Part shown: one piece after another, positions 53,230 to 64,000 of the stretch | How the letters are laid out: the number at the start of each line of letters is the position of its first letter | Numbering within the stretch: the first letter of the stretch is position 1 | NCBI GenBank assembly: GCA_964016885.1 | Contig: OZ024741.1 | Location: 106,330,001 to 106,394,000, forward strand | Reading direction: 5' to 3' | Length of the DNA: 64,000 bases | Source: Eledone cirrhosa | Taxonomy: Eukaryota | Position numbers and translations under genes: made by a program | The notes under the pieces: model-generated | What the model saw: the letters and a program-made list of their open reading frames with translations, nothing else | The model's database searches: none | Told to the model about the DNA's origin: nothing

Positions 53230-54038
53230 CAAGGCTCTGAAACTCAAGCACTCAAAAGGACCATTACATCCTGGGGAAGAGGCACAGTTGGCCAAAACCG
53301 TGATGGTGGGGAGCGGGATTTCTACTGGTTATAATTAATAATTAATTAGCTAATTTAAAAGCATTCAGTCATCAGAAGAAGTGAGGTAGATGTAAAAGCC
53401 AAACTCTATCTTCAATTTAGTATTTGTGCCAACCTTTGCCTATCTTCATTAATGACCAAAAGAATACGATTGCAAATATAGTTGTCAATATGGGGTTGGT
53501 TCCTCTGAAGGGTCTTTGGAGTAATGTTACTTGATAGATTGCATAGCTCAGAGATCAGGAAGTCACTCTAGGTAGAGTCATTACTTCTCTGAATTGGAAG
53601 ATCACAGCTCTGATACTATGGATATGTGGTTAAAATGTTCAAGGAAAGAATCGCTGGATAGCTGCTTCTAAGAGGATTCGCTGGAAGGTGTGCTTGAGGA
53701 CTCTGACCCTATGACCCTCCTCACATTCCGGGTATGCTGACTGCTATTTCTAGCAGGTTGGGAATCAACCATAAGGGATTCTCTCTGCGCGTTAGTTGTC
53801 AATGGTCGTATTTCGCGTCCAGCGTCTCCGATTCGAACGCTGTTTACACACACACATACATACGCGCGCACACACACATTTATATATACATTTTGATGAA
53901 AAAAGGATATCAGCTGTATTGTTAGATTAGCATTATAACTGGTGGAAATCACGTCACCCCTTCATCTCCCTTTTGGTATTCTGTGCATCTCTCTCAGGAT
54001 GTAATGGCCCTTTTGAGTCGTTGAGTTTGAGACCCCTG
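53230..54038. mobile_element. hAT-type non-autonomous element with ~45-bp imperfect TIRs
   Basis: caaggctctgaaactcaagcactcaaaaggaccattacatcctg vs caggatgtaatggcccttttgagtcgttgagtttgagacccctg. Confidence 0.6.
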
Positions 54039-54723
54039 GATTAAAGTGATTCTTGATGTAAATAAATATTGGCACAACATACATTTTGAAGGACAGGGTG
54101 AGGTAGAATTAGCAACAACAATCTGGATCTGATAGTTACCGTGAAATAGGACAATTAAAAGAAGAGTTATTCCCCTTGAACTCATAATAACCATTATCAG
54201 GGCTATCAGGGCCTAGAATTTGACGAAAAAAGTAAATTTAACAAAAGTAAATTTATAATGAATACACACAAATATTCTTTCACTGGCTTTAGATTGCGGC
54301 CATGCTGGGGCACCGCCTATTTTGTTTTAAAATTATTTTAGAAAAGTCAGTACAATGCAAGGAGTTTAATGCAAAGTGAAGTAAAACAAAAGAACTATTC
54401 ATACTTTACTTTATGTTAGGTATTTCGGAGATGAGGGTGGGGGTTAATTCCCTTGTCTGCCTTCTGGAGATAATGATATATGATGGCAACGGTGAACTGG
54501 CCTCTTTTGCACAGATATTTGAGGCTGGAGGTGTAGTGTAGTGACATGTGTGGACTAATATGTTCTGTTATATTGTGATAGTCGGCTGTGAGCAGTTCAT
54601 GTCTATTGTTAATAGAAGGATTTAGTTTATTAATGAGAATTGTCTTTCTAAGCCTTAAACTTCTCATGTTACATTCATGGACATCACTAGTTACTAACAT
54701 ACTATTTTGTTTGTTTACTTCAG

Positions 54724-54821
54724 GGAACTTATTGCAGAGTTTATTTGGTGCTGATGATGATCGTGAACAGGATTCAGCAATGGGAAGCAGTACTGAAGTG
54801 ACAGCTGAAGAATTGGACTGA
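54724..54821 (+). CDS. GET4: GET4 terminal coding exon
   Basis: CAG|GNLLQSLFGADDDREQDSAMGSSTEVTAEELD*; acidic tail ending in ELD as in GET4. Confidence 0.93.
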
Positions 54822-54991
54822 AGAGATTCTTTTAATACTCCTACTCCACATATTTTTTCAAAACTATCCTCCTTTACTAATAATCTATAATCTTTTTGAC
54901 AGGCATTGGTGCCGCTACCACACTGATTTTGACACAATTTTGCCATGTCCTCCCCCCTCTCTCTATTATGCATTGCCACACTTTATCTTGT

Positions 54992-55005
54992 AATAAATAA
55001 ATAAA
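54992..55005 (+). promoter_or_regulatory. Candidate GET4 polyadenylation signal (overlapping AATAAA)
   Basis: aataaataaataaa ~170 nt after the stop codon; could also be a (TAAA)n microsatellite. Confidence 0.4.
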
Positions 55006-55190
55006 TGGATCAGCCCTATGTAAAAGAAAACCTAAACAAGAACCCTAATTTCCCAGACAGATGGAAGAAACTTTAATATAAACAACAACAAACTAAAAAA
55101 GAAGAATTTTAAATTTTAAAACAAAAAAAACTTTAAAACTTTTTATCTTTCTCTCTCTCCAGTTCATTATTATTATTATTATTATTATTA

Positions 55191-55223
<33 letters not shown>

Positions 55224-55676
55224 CATTATTATTATGCTTAAGTTTCAATTTCTCTGTAAATTTGAGGTTTTACAGCTTAATATTGTTGTTAAATTATTTG
55301 TCTTAGGTTTATTACTTAAACATTTTAGTCCTCCCTCACTCATGTAGTTTTTGATTATTTTTGTAATTTAATTGTTTAATTAAAAAAACAATTATATCTT
55401 ATTAACTAACATTACTCACACACCCACCCTCTCCATTCAGTCCGTCATCTCCTTTCAGTGTTCTTTAATTCTCTACTACACACACATATAGTGTAATATA
55501 CAATCACTAGTATACACACATATAGTATACATTCATTACTATACATACATATAAAGTAAACATTCTCATACATAGATACAATATACAGTTACTACTATAA
55601 ATGCATATAGTGTATATTCTCTACTATACACATGTATCATATATCTGCTACTATTCACAAAACTTATACTAATAGT

Positions 55677-55790
55677 ATAAATTATATATACATTTAGTAT
55701 ATATTATAATATATACATTTAGTATATATTATAATATATACATTTAGTATATATTATAATATATACATTTAGTATATATTATAATATATC
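55677..55790. repeat. 25-bp tandem repeat (~4.5 copies)
   Basis: atatatacatttagtatatattata. Confidence 0.85.
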
Positions 55791-56347
55791 TGTCAATACA
55801 CTTACTATTATACACATATGCATTTGCTATTATATATACATTTAATGTAAAATATATATTCTCTCTATATATATATTGACTATTAAGTCAATTTAGAGAT
55901 AATGGGTTCATCATACATTTTTTACAATAAAAACTAGTTTAATAAGTTGGCCATGTAAGCCCTCCCCTTTTATCCTGCCTCCAAGGACTCAAATGCTCAA
56001 CTTAGACTACTTTTCACGGTCAAAAATGTATGTTGAAGCTGTTAACTCAAAGTTAACTTAAAATTTTAAATTTGTACCTTATTCAATGGTTCTAAAAATA
56101 GTGTGTATATATATATGTATATATATGTATATATATATGTATATATATGTATATATATATGTATATACATGTATATATATGTATATGTATATGTATATAT
56201 ATATATATATGTATATGTATGTATATGTATATATATATATATGTATACATATATATATATATGTATATATATGTATATATATGTATATATATATATATAT
56301 ATGTGTATATGTATATATATGTATATATATATATATATGTGTATATG

Positions 56348-56398
<51 letters not shown>

Positions 56399-56508
56399 AT
56401 ATATATATATGTATATATATATATGTATATATATATGTATATATATGTATATATATGTATATATATATATGTATATATATATGTATATATGTATATATAT
56501 ATATATGT

Positions 56509-56925
56509 ATCATCATCATCATCATCATCATCATCATCGTTTAACGTCCATGTTCCACGCTTTCATGGGTTTGGACGGGAGTTTTCCCACTTGAGGCAAG
56601 AGTGGTTGTCATTGCTCGCATAGGACTGTCTGGCGGGTTTGCTACAGCTGGATGCCCTTCCTAACACCAACCACATTTACAGTGTGGGTCTGGGAGGTTT
56701 TTACCGTGTTGCCTACACGGCCACATTACAGCGTGGACTGTGTGTTTTTTTGTCGTGACACCTACACGATCTCATTTGTTTCGGCCTGGATGTTTTGGCA
56801 CCAACATAACTTTACATTGAAAGGGGCGGTGTGGATGGAGTGGGGGTGGTGGGACGGGGGTGTATTTTGTTAGAGATGCCTACTGACTGTAGTAGGTTTT
56901 ACTTTGTATTTAGGTAAGGCAGTAT
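56509..56925 (-). mobile_element. RTE family A 3' UTR fragment; further solo tails at 56932-56995 and 57194-57310
   Basis: Reverse complement of ~7925-8320; (ATC)n tails within TA arrays. Confidence 0.87.
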
Positions 56926-57114
56926 ATATGTATCATCATCATCATCATCAACGTTTAACGTCCGTGTTCCACGCTTGCATGGGTTTGGACGGGGTATACG
57001 TATATATATATTTATATACGTATATATATATACGTATATATATATATTTATATACGTATATATATACGTATATATATATATATATATAAATATATATATA
57101 TGTATATATATAAG

Positions 57115-57153
<39 letters not shown>

Positions 57154-57413
57154 GTATATACGTATATACATATGTATATATATATATATATATATCATCA
57201 TCATCATCACCGTTTTACGTCCGTTCTTCCACACTAGCATGGGTTAGACGGGTTGTCCTGTTGTGGGCAGTGTCTGGTCGGCTGACCATGCCTTGCTCAT
57301 ACAGGAACTGATTATGTATATATATATATGTATATATATGTATATATTACATGTATATATATATATATATGTATATATTACATGTATATATATATATATG
57401 TATATATTACATG

Positions 57414-57448
<35 letters not shown>

Positions 57449-57509
57449 CATGTATATATATATATATGTATATATTATATGTATATATATATATATGTAT
57501 ATATGTATG

Positions 57510-57540
<31 letters not shown>

Positions 57541-57551
57541 ATATATGTATG

Positions 57552-57604
<53 letters not shown>

Positions 57605-57621
57605 GTATGTATATATATATC

Positions 57622-58172
57622 ATGGTCGGGTCGTTGGTGACTAAACTGGCAACCCCACCAAGGTTTCTTGGTGAGGATGGTGACTTTGGACATCCTGCAG
57701 GACTAAAAACAAAACCTGTCAAAGGGCAAAGGAGCTCTTAAGAGTCAATGGCCATCCAAAATCACCGGGAGAGATGACCCCTTAGCCTTTGTCAAGGCAG
57801 AATTCTAGGAGAAGGAAAACTCTGATATAACACCTGCAACCCTGATGGTATCCAATGATGTTGACTTGTTCTTCTTTTTGGTAAATATCATCTTGGTTAA
57901 GAGAGTGGGACTGGCTTTGTGCAGTGCCTTTGCTCACTATAAAAGCTTCACGGCACAGGCATTGCTTTATATCTGGAGATCTCTCTGCACTTGTCCTCAC
58001 ATGGTACCATGGGCCCAGCACTATGTGTCAATAATTGTCACAAGTGTAGTGTTTGTACCAGAGGTTTCAAGTCGCTGGCTGGACAAAAAGTCACACTCGT
58101 TCAGCGCTTCGGTAGGGGTTCTCCTACATGGATATAAAGTAGTGGCCGTACTCGAAAACGAGTTGGCAGCCA
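57622..58172 (+). mobile_element. Non-coding repeat homologous to 20112-20630
   Basis: Shared sequence blocks; flanked by (TA)n on both sides. Confidence 0.55.
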
Positions 58173-58174
58173 CC

Positions 58175-58403
58175 ATATATATATATATATATGTATGTAT
58201 ATATATATATGTATATATGCATGTATATATATATATGTATGTATATATATATATATATGTATATATATGTATGTATATGTATATATATATATATGTATGT
58301 ATATGTATATATATATATATGTATATATATGTATGTATATATATATATATATGTATATATATGTATGTATATGTATATATATATATATGTATATATATGT
58401 ATG

Positions 58404-58450
<47 letters not shown>

Positions 58451-58511
58451 GCATGTATATATATATGTATGTATATATATATATATGTATATATATATGT
58501 ATATATATATG

Positions 58512-58584
<73 letters not shown>

Positions 58585-59017
58585 GTATATATATATATGT
58601 ATATATATATGTATATATATATGTATGTATATGTATATGTATATATATGTATGTATGTATATATATATATATGTATGTATGTATATATATATATATGTAT
58701 ATGTATATATATATATATGTATACATATGTATATATATATATATGTATATATATGTATGTATATGTATATATATATATGTATATATATGTATACATATGT
58801 ATATATATATATATGTATACATATGTATATGTATACATATGTATATATATATATATGTATATATATGTATGTATATGTATATATATATATATGTATATAT
58901 ATGTATATATATATGTATATATATATGTATATATATATGTATATATATATATGTATATGTATATATATATATGTATATATATATGTATATGTATATATAT
59001 ATATGTATATATATATG

Positions 59018-59052
<35 letters not shown>

Positions 59053-59061
59053 GTATATATG

Positions 59062-59096
<35 letters not shown>

Positions 59097-59175
59097 GTAT
59101 ATATGTATATGTATATATATATATGTATATATATATGTATATATGTATATGTATATATATATATGTATATATATA

Positions 59176-59208
<33 letters not shown>

Positions 59209-59209
59209 A

Positions 59210-59254
<45 letters not shown>

Positions 59255-59259
59255 GTATA

Positions 59260-59326
<67 letters not shown>

Positions 59327-59345
59327 GTATATATATGTATATATG

Positions 59346-59439
<94 letters not shown>

Positions 59440-59489
59440 TATATGTATATGTATATATGTATATATATATGTATATATATGTATATATG

Positions 59490-59530
<41 letters not shown>

Positions 59531-59585
59531 GTATATGTATATATATGTATATATGTATATATATATGTATATATATGTATATATG

Positions 59586-59624
<39 letters not shown>

Positions 59625-59741
59625 GTATATATATATATGTATATATATGTATATATGTATATATATATGTATATATATGTATATATATATATATATGTAT
59701 ATATGTATATATATATGTATATATATATGTATATATATATT

Positions 59742-59773
<32 letters not shown>

Positions 59774-59864
59774 CATACATATATATATACATATATACAT
59801 ATATATATACATATATATACATATATATATACATATATACATATATATACATATATATATATAC

Positions 59865-59920
<56 letters not shown>

Positions 59921-59960
59921 GTATATATATATGTATATATATATTTATATATATATATAC

Positions 59961-59991
<31 letters not shown>

Positions 59992-60092
59992 CATACATAT
60001 ATATATACATATATACATATATATACATATATACATATATATATATATATACATATATATACATATATATATACATATATACATATATATAC

Positions 60093-60146
<54 letters not shown>

Positions 60147-60446
60147 TTATATATATATATATTTATATATATATATTATATATATATATATCTATATATA
60201 TATCTATATATATAACTATATATATCTATATATATCTATATATATATATATATTTATATATATCTATATATATATATATTTATATATATCTATATATTTA
60301 TATATATATATATTTATATATATATATATTTATATATATATATATCTATATATATATCTATATATATCTATATATATATATATTTATATATATCTATATA
60401 TATATGTATATATATGCATATATATATATATATGTATATATATATC

Positions 60447-60477
<31 letters not shown>

Positions 60478-60578
60478 ATCTCTATATATATATATATATA
60501 TATCTCTATATATATATATATATGTATATATATGCATATATATATATGTATATACATATATATATGTATATATATGTA

Positions 60579-60625
<47 letters not shown>

Positions 60626-60688
60626 ATATATATATGTATATATATGCATATATATATATGTATATACATATATATATGTATATACATA

Positions 60689-60775
<87 letters not shown>
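58175..60775. repeat. ~2.6-kb compound (TA)n array with TG/CA/TC interruptions
   Basis: Seen directly; source of the 600-990-aa spurious ORFs. Confidence 0.98.
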
Positions 60776-60779
<4 letters not shown>

Positions 60780-61545
60780 ATACTTTGGGAAGGTCATGTT
60801 GCCAATAAGAAACACACGCACCACATGCTTTCACTTCAATTTATTATAAATTAAATTTATAAATTTAGGAATTTACAAATTTCCGGTTGGTTGGTTGGTT
60901 CCACAACCAGACGATTGTTCATATATTGTCAAAGTTCTTTCGTCACACATTCTGTGACCTCTTCAGTGACTGGTCATTCTTTTCTTTGTTTTTGTGCCTC
61001 TCCTTTGTTCTGTCCTACGCCATCTTGTTTTTGAGTGTGTTGTGTGCCTAGTTTGCGCATGTTACATCCGGGTGTCTGTGTGTGTTTATATTTGTTTATT
61101 TATTTATTTGTTTATTTACATGTTACTGGTTGCTTGTTTGTTCTATGTGTGTGTGTGTTTTCATGTCCTTAATTGTAAGTTGTGATGTTGCTATTCCATT
61201 CATGCTTTGTATTTAATTTTGGTTGGAGTTCATATATGTTTATTGCCTCTGTGATTTGTCTAAACATTGCGTCTTTTCTGTGTGTAGATTCTATTTTTAT
61301 TTCTATGTTCTTTAATGTGTGACGAAAGAACTTTGACAATATATGAACAATCGTCCGGTTGTGGAACCAACCAACCTGAAATTTATAAATTCCTAAATTT
61401 ATGAATTTAATTTATAATAAATTGAAGTGAAAGCAACTGGTGCGTGTGTTTCTTATTGGCAACATGACCCTCCCAAAGTATAACAATATCGGTTTCAACA
61501 CACGTTTTCAGATAAAGAATCTTGCTAAACAAATTCAGAAACGAA
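60776..61545. mobile_element. Inverted Penelope-like insertion: minus arm 60776-61315 (pLTR + GIY-YIG end), plus arm 61316-61545 (pLTR end + tail)
   Basis: Both arms are homologous to 63180-63884; hammerhead motif on - strand at ~60928-60972. Confidence 0.87.
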
Positions 61546-61572
61546 ATATATATATATATATATATACATACA

Positions 61573-61625
<53 letters not shown>

Positions 61626-61801
61626 GTATGTATGTATGTATATATGTATGTATGTATGTATATATGTATATGTGTATGTATGTATATATGTATATGTGTA
61701 TGTATGTATGTATATATATATATGTATATGTGTATGTATGTATGTATATATATATATGTATATGTGTATGTATGTATGTATATATATATATATGTATATG
61801 T

Positions 61802-63884
61802 AGGGCACAAGTTGCTAAGGTCATAAGTGTCTAGGTAACAACCTGTGCCCTACAAGACCAGCAAGAGGCAGACCACCTACCATTACCTCAATGGCCAAGA
61901 AAACCCACACAGATAGATGGAACGGGTGGACCAGAGCCATACGGACACCCGAAAACCACGATGAACTGAAGAAAATGATTGCACATGCGGTAGGGGCCAG
62001 CATAAAATTAACCCTTAAGGAACATATGTTCAAATTTAATGGTAAAACATATGCCCAAGAGGAAGGAGCAGCCATTGGTGTTAGCATTGCAGGCGACATA
62101 GCTAACTTGTTCATGGTATGGTGGGACAGTAGACTTAAACAAAAACTTAAAGAACAATTAGAAGACAGCTTAACCCTGATAATGTACTCCCGCTACGTAG
62201 ATGATATAAACATCGTAGTTAAGACACCCCCACTAAAGAACAGTCAGGAACCTGAGAAAAACACAATGGAAAGCATCCAGCAAATAGCAAACTCCATCCA
62301 CCAGAGCATTAGAGTTACTATAGACTACCCAAGTAGACACCCCCAACCATCGATTACCTGTACTAGACACAGAGCTCTGGTTAGATACTATTAACAACCA
62401 AAAACAAATCCTCCATTCCCATTATGCCAAACCCATGACTTCCAAACATCTGATCCACCGAAACTCGGCCATTTCGGACCATACCAAAATCAACATACTG
62501 ATTGCGGATTTGATACGGGTGATGAGAAATGTGTCCCGCATGTGCAACCCCGAAGAACTAGAGAGACACATACAACACTTCATCCACCGTATGCAGTTCT
62601 CTGGCTACAATCAGAGAGATAAAATCAAAGTGTATAGAGGAGCCAGAACCAAATGGGAAAAAAATGGTAAATAATGACATAAATGGGACCTGCCCCTTGT
62701 ATAGGAGCAAATTTTGGAATAGAATAGAAAGAACTAAGAACAAGGCCAATAGAATAAACTCATGGTATGATGGCAATAAATACCAGAGTGTAATATTCAT
62801 CAATACAACCCTAGAGGCGAACTAGCCTACAAATTTAGAAGGGCCCTAAAGAAACATAATCTCAATATTAAGATAGTAGAAAGACCTGGTACCTCCGTAA
62901 AAACACTTATTAGCAAGACATACCCGTTCCAAAGACCCTCATGTATAGATAAGAAATGTATAACCTGTAAAATAAGCCCCCATATTAACTGTAAAACTAG
63001 AAATGTAGTATATAGCATAAGATGTACTGAGGGACAATGTAGAAACAAAAATATAGTGTACATAGGTGAGACAGCTCGTAGTATAGGGGAACGAATAAAT
63101 GAACACTGGCGAGACCTCCAAGATAGTAAAGAATCATCTGTGCTCTACCAACATGCTAAGATAGAACACAGGGGTAAATTAGAGAGCATAGAAATAAAAA
63201 TAGAATCCACACACAAGAAAGACGCAATGTTTAGGCAAATTACAGAGGCAGTAAGCATAAAAGAATTAAAACCAAAATTAAATAGAAAATATGAGTGGAA
63301 CAGCAACATCACAACTTACAATTAAGGACAAAATGAAAACACACACACACATAGAACAAACAACTTACAATTGAAAACACACACAAAATGAAAACACACA
63401 CAAGACAAAATGAAAACACACACACACATAGAACAAACAACCAACCAACAATAAATAAATAAATAAACAAACAAATATAAATAGAAAAATAGAAAAATGA
63501 ACACAAACACACACAGACACCCGGATGTGGCGCATGCGCAAACTGAGCACGCAACCCACACACAAACAAAATGGCGTAGGATAGAAGAAAGGAAAGGCAC
63601 AGAAACGAAGAAAGAAAATCCCCAGTCACTGAAGAGGTCACAGAGTGTGTGACGAAAGAACTATGACTATATATATATAAACAACTATCTGGTTGTGGAA
63701 CCAACCAACCAACCAGAAATTTATAAATTTGTAAATTTATAAATATATATTAAATTAAATTGAAGTGAAAGCAACTGGTGCGTGTGTTTCTTATTGGCAA
63801 CATGACCCTCCCAAAGTATAACAATATCGGTTTCAACACACGATTTCAGATAAAGAATCTTGCTAAACAAATTCAGAAACGAAA
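61802..63884 (+). mobile_element. 5'-truncated Penelope-like retroelement (RT + GIY-YIG endonuclease + pLTR)
   Basis: RT: FKFNGKTYAQEEGAAIGVSIAGDIANLFM...RYVDDI; Cys linker CIDKKCITC...C; NVVYSIRC...YIGETARSIGERINEH; frameshifts and stops; flanked by TA arrays. Confidence 0.93.
63624..63668 (+). ncRNA. Minimal hammerhead motif in the Penelope pLTR
   Basis: AGTCA-CTGAAGA-g-GTCAC-agagtgt-GTGAC-GAAA-gaac-TA-TGACT; one extra nucleotide after A9, and stem III too short for a monomer fold. Confidence 0.72.
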
Positions 63885-63886
63885 TA

Positions 63887-63940
<54 letters not shown>

Positions 63941-64000
63941 CATATATATATACATATATATACATATATATATATATATACATATATATATACATATATA

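Noticed and set aside
54416-54979. 187-aa ORF antisense to the last GET4 exon
   Set aside because: No recognisable domain; plausible by chance opposite a coding exon.
57845-60849. Very long ORFs (987, 884, 695, 674 aa) and all other YI/CV/HT-rich ORFs
   Set aside because: Translations of stop-free (TA)n/(TG)n microsatellites; no coding signal.

Overview
AT-rich, repeat-dominated animal genomic DNA, most likely an octopus or other cephalopod (inferred from the RTE/SINE repertoire and very long (TA)n arrays), with a 200-N assembly gap at 39957-40156. The only host gene I can support is GET4 (Golgi-to-ER traffic protein 4) on the + strand. Eight coding exons lie between 42866 and 54821 with consistent GT-AG phases. 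The first coding exon is not visible, so much of 1-42865 may be one large intron. The rest is mobile DNA, mostly inserted into (TA)n microsatellites. It includes several RTE-clade LINE families: one full-length copy has an intact 1039-aa APE-RT ORF, a PHD-type zinc finger inserted in the C-terminal RT region and a 5' end of tandem monomers, and another full-length copy lacks its YADD motif. There are also tRNA-type SINEs (one with an RTE tail), a Penelope-like element (RT + GIY-YIG), non-autonomous Helitrons, and hAT, mariner, Tc2/pogo-like, R4/Dong-like and CR1-like remnants. The most striking signal that the ORF track misses is a set of at least six unrelated short non-coding elements carrying type-I hammerhead ribozyme motifs. 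Several are arranged as fold-back hairpins with a one-sided tail, the same architecture as the Penelope pLTRs at the end of the window, and they include a U3:A8 core variant. All structure calls were made by eye and most element boundaries are approximate.
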